Assembly: GCA_964357395.1 (NCBI GenBank)
Contig: CAYHLC010000002.1
Coordinates: 107,033-167,675, forward strand
Direction: 5' to 3'
Origin: an uncultured Candidatus Saccharibacteria bacterium
GTDB lineage: Bacteria > Patescibacteriota > Minisyncoccia > Phycocordibacterales > Phycocordibacteraceae
Length of the DNA stretch: 60,643 bases
The first letter of the stretch is position 1. The number at the start of each line of letters is the position of its first letter. Below the pieces are notes generated by a model. It did no database searches. It saw nothing but the letters and a program-made list of their open reading frames with translations, and was not told where the DNA came from. Below, piece after piece: positions 42,751 to 51,686 of the stretch. The position numbers and the translations under genes are program-made.

Positions 42751-44025
42751 CTACTCCTCCCGCCGAATCGCGACGCCAATAGCGCGGAGGCGCTCTTCAA
42801 TCTTTTCGTAGCCTCTGTCCACGAGGTGCGCGTTGCCAACGCGCGTGGTACCCTCGGCGACTATACCCGCGAGGATGAACGCGAGCCCGGCGCGGATGTC
42901 CGGCGTCTCGATGTCAGCTGCCCTCAGAGCGCGCTTCCCCACCACCCTTGCTCGGTGCGGACTGATACAGGTAATCTCGGCACCCATACGACAGAGCTCC
43001 TCGGTGTATGCAAGACGGCCGTCAAAGATGGACTCAATCATAATGCTCTCGCCGTGTGCTTGAGTCAGGAGCACCATCGTTGGTGGATGCGCATCTGTCG
43101 GAAATCCTGGATGCTCGTGCGTCCGCACCCTGACGGGCTGCAGCACCTCTGGCGCGCGCACCGTTATGTAGTCCTTGCCGACGTTGACGCGTACACCCAT
43201 GCGCATGATCACGTCCAAGACTGCGTCGAGGTGATGCGGGCGCACCTGCTCGACCGTGAGCTCCTCTGCAGCAAGCGCGCCGAGTGCGAGGAATGTCGCT
43301 GCCTCGATCCTATCCGGAATGACAGCAGCGGGTGGTGGTGAGTGGAGCGCTGTTGGAGTTATCACAATTGTTGCAGTGCCCACGCCTTCGATCTTCGCCC
43401 CCGCAGAAATGAGGAATTCAGCGAGCGCCACCACCTCGGGCTCCAAGGCGGCATTCCGGAGCGTTACCTTGCCACGGGCGAGTGTCGCTGCCATCATGAG
43501 CGCCTCTGTGCCAGTTACGGAAACGGTACTGAAGAAGTAGTCGCCGCCCTTGAGGCCCTGCGGGGCGGAGAAGGTGTATGAGTCATTAAACTCGGTGACG
43601 GTGGCACCGAGCGCCTGCAGCCCGGCAGCAAAGAGGTCGATCGGCCGCTCGCCGATAAGGTCGCCGCCCGGGTGCGGAAAGCTGACCGAACCCATACGCG
43701 CGAGGACTGGTCCCGTAAGAAGGATGGACGCGCGCAGGGACTTTGCGGTTGCATGGTCGAGTACGGTTGAGGAGAGCTCGCGCATGCCGAGCTCTAGAGT
43801 TCCGTTTGTGCGAACAACTGTTGCGCCGAGCCCTTCCAGAATCTTACCCATCGCGGCAACGTCGCTGATTGCCGGCACGTTGGTCAGTATGGTCTCCGCA
43901 CGGATCAGCACCGAGGCGGCCATCATTGGGAGCACAGCATTCTTAGCACCATTAACCTTGATCGAGCCCTTGAGTGTCTTCTTCCCGGCGAGGCCCTCGA
44001 TCACAAACGTCGACATTGGCTGCAT
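42751..44025 (-). CDS. murA: UDP-N-acetylglucosamine 1-carboxyvinyltransferase
   Basis: KVNGAKNAVLPMMAA and LRASILLTGPVLAR strings, with GGDLIGERPIDL where MurA proteins usually carry the Cys/Asp catalytic loop. Start at MQPMSTF. Confidence 0.93.
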   Translation of the reverse strand: MQPMSTFVIEGLAGKKTLKGSIKVNGAKNAVLPMMAASVLIRAETILTNVPAISDVAAMGKILEGLGATVVRTNGTLELGMRELSSTVLDHATAKSLRASILLTGPVLARMGSVSFPHPGGDLIGERPIDLFAAGLQALGATVTEFNDSYTFSAPQGLKGGDYFFSTVSVTGTEALMMAATLARGKVTLRNAALEPEVVALAEFLISAGAKIEGVGTATIVITPTALHSPPPAAVIPDRIEAATFLALGALAAEELTVEQVRPHHLDAVLDVIMRMGVRVNVGKDYITVRAPEVLQPVRVRTHEHPGFPTDAHPPTMVLLTQAHGESIMIESIFDGRLAYTEELCRMGAEITCISPHRARVVGKRALRAADIETPDIRAGLAFILAGIVAEGTTRVGNAHLVDRGYEKIEERLRAIGVAIRREE

Positions 44026-44046
44026 TGTACCCCGCCTCCCCAACCA

Positions 44047-44075
44047 TTGACATATGAGCATAACAAGTTTATACT
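44047..44075 (+). promoter_or_regulatory. sigma70-type promoter, leaderless configuration
   Basis: TTGACA-17-TATACT, then 7 nt to the ATG at 44083. Confidence 0.7.
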
Positions 44076-44082
44076 CCATCAC

Positions 44083-44277
44083 ATGAATATACGAGAATTC
44101 GTCCTTCGCCAAATGCCATTTCCGTTGATTATTGGTGCGATTGTTGGCGCCATTGGGCTTGACTCCATTCTCGCAGCGACCGGGGGTGATCGCTCATATG
44201 CACTCCTTATTGGCGGCATCATCGGCGGTCTTACCGGCAGTGTACTGTTTACGAACGCTAACGATCGACATCTCTAA
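44083..44277 (+). CDS. small 2-TM membrane protein (hypothetical)
   Basis: MNIREFVLRQMPFPLIIGAIVG. The ORF-track start at 44047 is the -35 hexamer itself. Confidence 0.55.
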   Translation: MNIREFVLRQMPFPLIIGAIVGAIGLDSILAATGGDRSYALLIGGIIGGLTGSVLFTNANDRHL

Positions 44278-44317
44278 GTTCGAGTGTGATTCCTGTACCA
44301 CTTGGTAGAATGGCCGT

Positions 44318-46234
44318 ATGTACGCGGTCAGGGTTATCCCTATCGTCCGAGGACCACTGAAGGGTGAGCTCACCTTCTTCAGTCGCGATTCGGTCCCCGA
44401 AGGGGCGATCGTCAGCGTGCCTTTGCGAAAAAAGATGGTGCCGGGCTTGGTGGTAAGCGCCCGCGACGTGCGAGAGGAAAAGCAGGTGCTGAAGGCGGCC
44501 GACTTTGCGCTCCGGAAGATCGGCCGCGCCGCGCCGCGTCGTATCCTCTCCCCTGCTTTTATGCGTGCAGTGTCACGGACTGCACGCTACTTCGTCGCGC
44601 CCGAGGGCGCGGTACTCTCGGCACTTACCTTCCAGCACGTGCTAACGAGTATTCGCATACCAGAGTGTAGCCCTCCGTCGCCAAAGGCTATGGAGGGCGC
44701 TGCGAGACCAGAGGTACTCCTCCTCCAAGCAGACACTGACGAGCGACTCAGCGAGTATCGGAACCTCGCTCGCGAAGCGTTTGCGAGGCAGAACTCTATT
44801 ATGATCATCGCCTCCTCGCTGATAGAGGTCGAGGCGCTTGCAGCAGCGCTCGGCAGAGGTATCGAAGACCAAGTAGTGACGCTCTCTGGTGACATGGGTG
44901 ATACGAAGGTACGCGCCGCATGGACCAAGGCAGTGTCGCCTGGCCTGCCTGCGCAGGCAGGCGTACCACTCCTTATTATAGGAACGCCACCAGCACTTTC
45001 GGCACCGGTACCGAACCTCGAGACTATTATTGTGGAGCGCGAGAGCGCACGTAGCTACAAAGGGCGCGTGCACCCGTACCTCGACCACCGGCTCGTCGCA
45101 GAGTGGGTAGCAGCAGAGAGCGGTGCGCGGTTCATCCTTGCCGACTTTCCTGTGCGCGTCGAGACGCGGGCGCGTATCGACGCCATCCGCGCAGAGTGGC
45201 TCACCCGCCCTGCCGCGCGGCCGCGCGGGCGTGCCATCGTCACACTATTTGATACTCGTGTAACTGAAGAAAAGAAGAAGGAGCGACGCGCTTTCCAGCC
45301 TATCTCTGTAGAGTCTGTTACCGCTATCGAGGAGGAGCTGGCGCGCGGTGGCCGTGTTGCAGTCTTCGCTGCCCGGCGTGGCATTGCCCCGCTCACCGTC
45401 TGTAACGACTGCGGCACACCGGTACAGGACAGGGCCGGTACCCCAATGACGCTCCACAAGACTCCAGAGGGACCCGCGTTCATATCGCACAAAACAGGAG
45501 CGCTGATGCCGGCCAACATCCGCTGCACCACCTGCACGAGCTGGAACTTGGTCTCCCTCGGCATCGGCGTCGATCGTGTACACGAGGAACTCAAGAAACG
45601 CTTGCCAAAGGCATCGCCCATCCTCTTTAGTGCCGACACTGCGCGCACGCACGCAGAGGCCAAACGCTTGCAGCGCGCGCTCTACGACAAACCGGGCACC
45701 ATCATCGTTGGTACCGAGCGCATGCTGCCCTACCTCACCGAGGGGGTCGAGCTCGCCGTCGTTGCGTCGATAGACAGCATGCTCTCCCTCTCTGCATGGC
45801 GCGCGCACGAGCACGCGCTCCAAACGCTGATGTACTTGCGCACTCGCGCAACGGAGCGACTCATTATTGAGAGCCGCAAGCCCGAGAGCGAGGTCTTGCG
45901 GGTTGCCGTATCTGGCGACATCCAAGAGTTTTATGAGCGCGAGGCAGCGGAGCGGAAGGAGTACGAGTACCCACCCTTTGCCACCTTCATCGGTCTCACG
46001 TGGGTCGGCACCGAGGTACAGAACAAGCTCGTCCGCGACTCTATAATCCCCGCACTAAAGAACTACGACGTCGTTGGCCCCTTGCCACCCGAGGTTGTAG
46101 AGCGCAACCGCATGCGCGAGCGCGCTGTTATTCGCATCCCTGTCGGGCAGTGGCCGAATGACGACCTCCTCGCCATTTTGGACACACTCCCCCCGTCGGT
46201 ATCGATTACTGTCGACCCCGATGATATTGTGTAG
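44318..46234 (+). CDS. priA: PriA-like primosomal protein N' lacking Walker A/B motifs
   Basis: PriA-like N-terminus, a Cys4 zinc region (CNDC...CTTC) and a GTERMLPY region. No GK[ST] or DExH anywhere in the 638 aa. Confidence 0.8.
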   Translation: MYAVRVIPIVRGPLKGELTFFSRDSVPEGAIVSVPLRKKMVPGLVVSARDVREEKQVLKAADFALRKIGRAAPRRILSPAFMRAVSRTARYFVAPEGAVLSALTFQHVLTSIRIPECSPPSPKAMEGAARPEVLLLQADTDERLSEYRNLAREAFARQNSIMIIASSLIEVEALAAALGRGIEDQVVTLSGDMGDTKVRAAWTKAVSPGLPAQAGVPLLIIGTPPALSAPVPNLETIIVERESARSYKGRVHPYLDHRLVAEWVAAESGARFILADFPVRVETRARIDAIRAEWLTRPAARPRGRAIVTLFDTRVTEEKKKERRAFQPISVESVTAIEEELARGGRVAVFAARRGIAPLTVCNDCGTPVQDRAGTPMTLHKTPEGPAFISHKTGALMPANIRCTTCTSWNLVSLGIGVDRVHEELKKRLPKASPILFSADTARTHAEAKRLQRALYDKPGTIIVGTERMLPYLTEGVELAVVASIDSMLSLSAWRAHEHALQTLMYLRTRATERLIIESRKPESEVLRVAVSGDIQEFYEREAAERKEYEYPPFATFIGLTWVGTEVQNKLVRDSIIPALKNYDVVGPLPPEVVERNRMRERAVIRIPVGQWPNDDLLAILDTLPPSVSITVDPDDIV

Positions 46235-46236
46235 CG

Positions 46237-46764
46237 GTGGATACTCATATCGTCCAAGACGGAGAAAACCCAGTTTTACGCTCGGTGGCCAAAGAGGTGC
46301 CTAAGGAGATGTTTGGCACGCCAGAGCTGACCACGATCCTCAAGCGCATGAGCGCCGCGCTTCGCGTTGCCAAAAACGGCGTTGCTATTGCTGCGCCACA
46401 AATCGGCGAGCCGTGGCGGATCTTCCTAGTCTCTGGCTTTGTGATAACAGGCAATCCACGAAACGATGACGACCCTGACAAAGTGTTTATCAACCCATCG
46501 ATGGTCCGCCAGTCCAAGGAGCGTGTCGCGTACGAGGGCGAGGGGTGCCTCTCGGTTGTTGGTATGTATGGCACAACACAGCGCTCCATGCGCGCTATGG
46601 TACGAGCCCAAGACGAAGCGGGCAAGAAGTTCATACGCGGTGGCTCCGACCTGCTCGCTGCCATCTTCCAGCACGAGCTCGACCACCTCGAGGGCACCCT
46701 CTTTGTCGACCATGCGACTGACCTTCATAAAGCAAAGGATGAGTCCGAGGTTGCAGAACTATGA
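46237..46764 (+). CDS. def: peptide deformylase
   Basis: GVAIAAPQIG, EGCLS and HELDH motifs. Confidence 0.95.
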   Translation: MDTHIVQDGENPVLRSVAKEVPKEMFGTPELTTILKRMSAALRVAKNGVAIAAPQIGEPWRIFLVSGFVITGNPRNDDDPDKVFINPSMVRQSKERVAYEGEGCLSVVGMYGTTQRSMRAMVRAQDEAGKKFIRGGSDLLAAIFQHELDHLEGTLFVDHATDLHKAKDESEVAEL

Positions 46765-47594
46765 AACTCGCATTCTTTGGCACACCGCGCTTTTCTTGCT
46801 TCGTCCTCGACGCGTTAGATGCTGCCGGCTACACGCCCGCACTCATCATCACCACCCCCGACCGCCCTGCCGGCCGCGGACTAGAGCTCCAGATGTCGCC
46901 GGTTAAGCAGTGGGCTATCACCCACAATGTTGATGTTATCCAGCCAACCTCCCTGAAAGGCGACGCCTTGGATGCAGATGTTAAGGCGTCGCCTTTACTA
47001 AACACCGAGTGGGATCTATTTGTAGTCGCCGGGTATGGAAAGATTTTGCCAAAAAGGATTGTGGACCTCCCAAAGTACGGGTCGCTGAACGTGCACCCAT
47101 CCCTACTACCCCGCTTCCGCGGCCCCTCGCCTATCGAGAGCCAGACACTCCAGGATGAAAAGGAGGTTGGTGTGTCTATATTGGTTATGGACGAAAAGAT
47201 GGACCACGGGCCCATACTTGCCCAGGCACGCATCACGCCCGAGGAGTGGCCACTCCGCACGCGCGAATTAGAGGACATGCTCTGGAGCGAGGGTGGCGAC
47301 CTCCTCGTCGAGTCGATACCTGCATACGCCGATGGTAGCCTAGTGCCCGAGCCACAAGATCATTCGGCCGCAACTACAACTAGCTTTATGAAGAAAGAGG
47401 ATGGCGAGCTGGACCTCGCTGCCGATCCGTACCAAAACTACCTCAAGTTCTGTGCCTATGACGAGTGGCCCGGGACCTTCTTCTTCGTCGATGGAAAGCG
47501 CCACAAGATCACTGAAGCGACGTACCTGGACGGTGTCTTCCGCCCTACAAAAGTCGTGCCCGAGGGCAAGAAGGAGCAGGATTGGCAGGGTTGA
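46761..47594 (+). CDS. fmt: methionyl-tRNA formyltransferase (short form)
   Basis: FFGTPRF, SLNVHPSLLPRFRGPSPI motif. ATGA overlap with def. Confidence 0.92.
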   Translation: MKLAFFGTPRFSCFVLDALDAAGYTPALIITTPDRPAGRGLELQMSPVKQWAITHNVDVIQPTSLKGDALDADVKASPLLNTEWDLFVVAGYGKILPKRIVDLPKYGSLNVHPSLLPRFRGPSPIESQTLQDEKEVGVSILVMDEKMDHGPILAQARITPEEWPLRTRELEDMLWSEGGDLLVESIPAYADGSLVPEPQDHSAATTTSFMKKEDGELDLAADPYQNYLKFCAYDEWPGTFFFVDGKRHKITEATYLDGVFRPTKVVPEGKKEQDWQG

Positions 47595-47616
47595 TAACCT
47601 CACGAGGACCAGCTAA

Positions 47617-47645
47617 TTGACATGTGTCAAATGTCATGCTAAATA
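47617..47645 (+). promoter_or_regulatory. sigma70-type promoter, leaderless configuration
   Basis: TTGACA-17-TAAATA, then 7 nt to the ATG at 47653. Confidence 0.65.
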
Positions 47646-47652
47646 TAGCTGA

Positions 47653-47988
47653 ATGGCTGAGAATGCGCCGCGGAAAGAGTCAGTGGGGGATTCCCTTTGG
47701 TGGGCGACTAAGTGTGCGGCTATCCCTGCCCTTTCTCTTATTTGGCTACCCTACTTTGTAGGTGCCGATAGGAAGTTGGATGGGTTGGTAACGCAGTTGA
47801 CCGGGCTGACCAGCGGCGAATCGGTGACAAGCGTAGTCGAGAAACCTACTGCGTGGATACGCAAGGATACTACATACAGCTACGACGGGATGGAAGAGTT
47901 TTACAGCTCATGGGAGGTGTTCATGACATCAATGGTTATCAGTATCGCCTTGGTCAGTCTCGCATTTAAACTGTTAAAGAAAAACTAG
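47653..47988 (+). CDS. 2-TM membrane protein, cassette gene 1 of 4
   Basis: 111 aa with an N-terminal helix, a roughly 50-aa loop and a C-terminal helix. The N-terminus MAENAPRKES resembles MTEKAPEKES of 49631..49978. Confidence 0.6.
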   Translation: MAENAPRKESVGDSLWWATKCAAIPALSLIWLPYFVGADRKLDGLVTQLTGLTSGESVTSVVEKPTAWIRKDTTYSYDGMEEFYSSWEVFMTSMVISIALVSLAFKLLKKN

Positions 47989-47989
47989 T

Positions 47990-48322
47990 ATGGACCCCGA
48001 AACAGCACAGCGAAGTGCAACCATGGAAATGCTACCGAAAGTGATGGTCGCTTATATTCTTGCGCAGATTTTTGTCATATCGCTACCCAGCTTGGTGGAG
48101 ATGTTTGGATTAGAGGAGCAGGCACACGGCATGGCGTTGCGACTTGGATATGATGGCTCACAAGTAACTTCGTATGAGAAGGTACCAACACTGATGGAGA
48201 GAGTAAACGATGTGAAGTCTGGAGGATACTCTTCGACTACCAAGCTTGCGTGGTTAGGCTTTCTTGGAGGTGGACTCCTCCTCTTTGTTGGGCGCAGAAT
48301 TATGGCAGGTAATCGCAACTAA
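47990..48322 (+). CDS. 2-TM membrane protein, cassette gene 2 of 4
   Basis: 110 aa with the same helix-loop-helix layout, 1-nt intergenic gap. Confidence 0.6.
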   Translation: MDPETAQRSATMEMLPKVMVAYILAQIFVISLPSLVEMFGLEEQAHGMALRLGYDGSQVTSYEKVPTLMERVNDVKSGGYSSTTKLAWLGFLGGGLLLFVGRRIMAGNRN

Positions 48323-48324
48323 AT

Positions 48325-48657
48325 ATGGCTGAGAAAATGGGCAATCATTGGAGTGCATACGCGGGGCTCGCTGCCGTTGTGGTTAGCGGCTTGGGCGTTA
48401 CGTATGGACCGGACCTGCTTGCGCAATACTTTGACATCCACGTTCCTGACCCGGTAGGCGCTGTAGTTGATGGGCTTGGACTCCAAGATATCGGCATCAC
48501 TACCTCTGATGGCATGGAGCCAGAGACCTGGGAAGCCAAGAAGACAGTTACGACATACACACCATCAGCGCTCTTCTGGTATCGTATTCAAACTGGCATT
48601 TTTGTTGGTGTTGCTATCCTTCTTTTCCGCTCGTACTTTAAAAGCCTTAAAAGATAA
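48325..48657 (+). CDS. 2-TM membrane protein, cassette gene 3 of 4
   Basis: 110 aa with the same layout, 2-nt gap. Confidence 0.6.
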   Translation: MAEKMGNHWSAYAGLAAVVVSGLGVTYGPDLLAQYFDIHVPDPVGAVVDGLGLQDIGITTSDGMEPETWEAKKTVTTYTPSALFWYRIQTGIFVGVAILLFRSYFKSLKR

Positions 48658-48659
48658 GT

Positions 48660-49052
48660 ATGGGGCAAGAACAACACGACGACAGTGGTCCGTACGCAAT
48701 GCTTGGAATACACTTTGGATCAGCTATTGCTGCAGGCATACTTACCTGGAGCGTACTCGAGCCGCTCTCACATACGCTTGGATTTGATACCTACATAGAC
48801 GACTACGCACGTAGTATGGGGTTTGAGCCAATGACGGAGGAAAAGATTTCTGACCCAGTGGTTACTAGCGAGCGACGAGTTGGGCCGGAGGAAAGATTTA
48901 CTTGGATGAGCGCGCGGGACCAGGCTGGGTACCTTATCTTCCTCGCAACGATGGCGGCATTCCTGATCGCTGGCAGTCTGCTGCGCAAGAAGACCCCTGG
49001 CCCGTACCCAGGACCCACTGTTGCTGACAAGCGAGATCCAGGCCTGAATTAA
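48660..49052 (+). CDS. 2-TM membrane protein, cassette gene 4 of 4
   Basis: 130 aa with the same layout plus a Pro-rich tail, 2-nt gap. Confidence 0.6.
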   Translation: MGQEQHDDSGPYAMLGIHFGSAIAAGILTWSVLEPLSHTLGFDTYIDDYARSMGFEPMTEEKISDPVVTSERRVGPEERFTWMSARDQAGYLIFLATMAAFLIAGSLLRKKTPGPYPGPTVADKRDPGLN

Positions 49053-49060
49053 CCCCCCCT

Positions 49061-49105
49061 CGTGTCATCCCTGAGGGCAAGAAGGAGCAGGGCTGGCTCG
49101 GTTGA
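49061..49105 (+). pseudogene. relic of the 3' end of fmt
   Basis: cgtgtcatccctgagggcaagaaggagcagggctggctcggttga reads VIPEGKKEQGWLG*. The true fmt end (47552..47594) reads VVPEGKKEQDWQG*. 19 consecutive identical nt. Confidence 0.8.
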
Positions 49106-49153
49106 CAATGCCAGTTTTATGGTATAAAATATACAAATAGAAATTACGAAGTT

Positions 49154-49399
49154 TTGTGTATGTTAAATAGAGCTGAAATTGGTCAGAGAGCACTTGGTAC
49201 CCTAATGGTACTTGGCGGGGCACTATGGACAGGCCTCTGGGGCGTTGCTGGTGAGTATGTCGCCTTTGAGCGTTGGGAGCAAATGGATCTAAAGAATTGG
49301 ACTCTGCTCACCGCAGCTGTTCTCTACAAAAGCCGCTGGGGCATTGGTGCAGCAATTGCTGGTATGCATCTAATGAACGCGGGTAAGAATAAAATTTAA
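49154..49399 (+). CDS. small 2-TM membrane protein (hypothetical)
   Basis: 81 aa. Promoter TTGACA-17-TAAAAT starts inside the fmt relic stop region (49102). Confidence 0.55.
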   Translation: MCMLNRAEIGQRALGTLMVLGGALWTGLWGVAGEYVAFERWEQMDLKNWTLLTAAVLYKSRWGIGAAIAGMHLMNAGKNKI

Positions 49400-49401
49400 A
49401 C

Positions 49402-49623
49402 ATGAACTTCAACGATTTAAACGAGGGACAGAGACGAGCATTGATTCCTGTTATAGGGGGTGGTGCATTTTTGGCGCTTGACCTTGTTACGCTAGCTACA
49501 GGCAAGAATATCCTAGGGTTCTCATGGCTCCTAAATGACGAAATGCCGAACGTAGCCGACATAGCGCTTGCTGGCATTGTTATGGCAGTTGGCATATACC
49601 TCTTTTTTAAACGCTCAAACTAA
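49402..49623 (+). CDS. small 2-TM membrane protein (hypothetical)
   Basis: 73 aa with two helices, 2-nt gap. Confidence 0.55.
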   Translation: MNFNDLNEGQRRALIPVIGGGAFLALDLVTLATGKNILGFSWLLNDEMPNVADIALAGIVMAVGIYLFFKRSN

Positions 49624-49630
49624 ATAACTT

Positions 49631-49978
49631 ATGACTGAAAAAGCACCGGAGAAGGAGTCGATCGCGAGTTCAGTTTTCTGGGCTATCCCCCGCTTCCTTT
49701 GGCACATGGCCGAGGTACAGGCCGATGCCAGGATACGTGGCGGCGTAATCGGAGCTACGGTGGGGCTCACCACCATGTTCCCTTTCTGGCTTGCACTCAA
49801 AGCAGCTGGTGTAGAGTTTACCCCTGAGAATACGCTGTTTGATCAGATCAATAGTGACACAGCACTAACGCTCATGTATGACGCAAGCTTCGTGCTCAGC
49901 CTTTTACTTGGATGTGTCGTCGTCAACTGGATGTTTGACAAGGACGCCGAAACTAAGCGAGTAACTAGTGCAGCGTAG
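49631..49978 (+). CDS. small multi-TM membrane protein, N-terminal paralog of 47653..47988
   Basis: 115 aa, MTEKAPEKESIASSVFWA. Confidence 0.6.
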   Translation: MTEKAPEKESIASSVFWAIPRFLWHMAEVQADARIRGGVIGATVGLTTMFPFWLALKAAGVEFTPENTLFDQINSDTALTLMYDASFVLSLLLGCVVVNWMFDKDAETKRVTSAA

Positions 49979-50006
49979 GAATAAGTGATCAAAAAATAGT
50001 CTGTGT

Positions 50007-50035
50007 AACAGCCCGAGGTCCAACCTCGGGCTGTT
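50007..50035 (+). terminator. REP-like hairpin terminator, twin of 29980..30008
   Basis: AACAGCCCGAGG-TCCAA-CCTCGGGCTGTT followed by TTGC. Confidence 0.75.
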
Positions 50036-50038
50036 TTG

Positions 50039-50413
50039 CTAGCTCCCTCTCCAATACCTGAACAAATCTTTGACTTTGGTGGCACCGCGGCGGAGTAAGT
50101 CGCGGTGTTTTGTTACATGCTTCTGCACTTCCCTGCGCGCTTCGTCCCCTGCCTGATCGATTGCGGCATGCAAGGTCGGGCAGGTCGCCTCGGCGCGCAC
50201 AAAGCCGCCTGCGAATGAGAGGTTGATTTCCGCTCGGAACTCCTCGCCCGTGCGCGAGCCACCAGTCGTGCAGAGCTCCACATCGGCGTGAGCTGTGGGA
50301 TCACTGCTCAGCAGTTTAAATATCTTGCCGAGCTTCTGCTCTACATACTCGGTTACCTCATCAGTTAACATCACTGCTCCAGAAGCTTTGACTAGAAGTT
50401 GGGTGTGCGCCAT
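50039..50413 (-). CDS. hpf: ribosome hibernation promoting factor / RaiA family
   Basis: TDEVTEYVEQKLGKI and LHAAIDQAGDEARREVQKH strings of the S30AE fold. Confidence 0.85.
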   Translation of the reverse strand: MAHTQLLVKASGAVMLTDEVTEYVEQKLGKIFKLLSSDPTAHADVELCTTGGSRTGEEFRAEINLSFAGGFVRAEATCPTLHAAIDQAGDEARREVQKHVTKHRDLLRRGATKVKDLFRYWRGS

Positions 50414-50434
50414 ATATCTATTCTACCAGTATCT

Positions 50435-51598
50435 CTACCGCGCTTCGTGGATTAAGGATACGCGATACACAGCTCCGGCACGATCGTCAGAGATATACAA
50501 GACCCCTCCTGGCTCTGCGAGGAGCCCCACGGGCCGCCCTATGACGTCCCCATCATCAGTGATGAACCCGGTCATAAAGTCCTGCTCCTCCCCTGTAGGC
50601 ATACCGCGCTCGTCCACCACTACCCGCACCACTTTGTACCCTGAGGGCAGGGAGCGGTTCCAGGAGCCGTGGTAGGCCACCAGGGCGTCCAACCAGTATT
50701 CCTCAGGCCAGCCCTCCTCAGGGGCAAAGGCGATGCCGAGGGGGGCCGAGTGCGCCGGGATATCGTAGACTGACGGCTGCTCAAACGGCTCGGAGCACGG
50801 CGCGCGGATGTAGGTGTTCTGGTCAAACTCGGTGTCGTGCACATTCTTGCCATAGCAGGTAGGCCAGCCATAGTTGCCACCCTTCTTCAGAATGTTGATC
50901 TCGTCTGGCGGCGTGTCGTCCCCCAGGAGGTCGCGGCCCATGTCGGTGCCCCACAACTCGCCAGTCACCAGCTCGTACGCCATAAACACGGTATTGCGGA
51001 GCCCGCGAGCGTACACCGAGGCCTCCTTGCTCTTGAGGTCTATCTCCATAATGGTGGCGCGGCGCGTGTCTGCCTCATTGCAGACATTGCAGGACGAGCC
51101 GACCGAAACGAGGAGCGATGTGTTGTCGTGACTCGGAATCAGCGTTCGTGTGCTGTGCCCCCCATCCGTCGGGAGCACTGCAATGGTCTCGAGGTACGTG
51201 GCGCTCTTGGTGTCTGCGTTGTACGCATAGGACTTGACCGCACCCTCCTCGGCCACGTACAGTATGTCGCCGATGAGCGCGAGTCCGTGTGGCTCACTGA
51301 GGCCATCCAAGATCACCTTCTTATCCGGCAGCGCTACTATCTGACCCTCAGATGTTTGGGACACCAGTAGTGCGCCCTTCGGATCGCGAATGAGGACACG
51401 CGCACCCGGCACTCCGGAGGCGTACACCTCAACACGGAACCCTTCAGGGACGGTAAAGGCGGATGGCTCCGAAACCTCGACCCTCTTTGATAACTCGATG
51501 AGCGGGATGATCTGCGAGGCGATGCCCCAGAGGTTGAAGTAGAGGACCGCTCCAATAAGTATGGCCGCTGCAAGGGCGGCCCAAAGTAGAGTTCGCAT
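50435..51598 (-). CDS. PQQ-dependent sugar (sorbosone/glucose) dehydrogenase-like beta-propeller, membrane anchored
   Basis: KKGGNYGWPTCYG signature, N-terminal TM helix. TATAAT lies 6 nt upstream of the ATG. Confidence 0.8.
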   Translation of the reverse strand: MRTLLWAALAAAILIGAVLYFNLWGIASQIIPLIELSKRVEVSEPSAFTVPEGFRVEVYASGVPGARVLIRDPKGALLVSQTSEGQIVALPDKKVILDGLSEPHGLALIGDILYVAEEGAVKSYAYNADTKSATYLETIAVLPTDGGHSTRTLIPSHDNTSLLVSVGSSCNVCNEADTRRATIMEIDLKSKEASVYARGLRNTVFMAYELVTGELWGTDMGRDLLGDDTPPDEINILKKGGNYGWPTCYGKNVHDTEFDQNTYIRAPCSEPFEQPSVYDIPAHSAPLGIAFAPEEGWPEEYWLDALVAYHGSWNRSLPSGYKVVRVVVDERGMPTGEEQDFMTGFITDDGDVIGRPVGLLAEPGGVLYISDDRAGAVYRVSLIHEAR

Positions 51599-51606
51599 AC
51601 ATACAT

Positions 51607-51675
51607 TATACCCCGTGAGATATTTTGTTATTTGACATATATAGTAATAGTTTTCGCATTATCTCATGGGGTATA
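51607..51675. repeat. 69-bp palindromic promoter cassette, copy 2
   Basis: TATACCCCGTGAGATA - 37 nt containing TTGACA - TATCTCATGGGGTATA. Arms abut the -10 boxes of both divergent genes. Confidence 0.75.
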
Positions 51676-51686
51676 CTGTCTGTACT

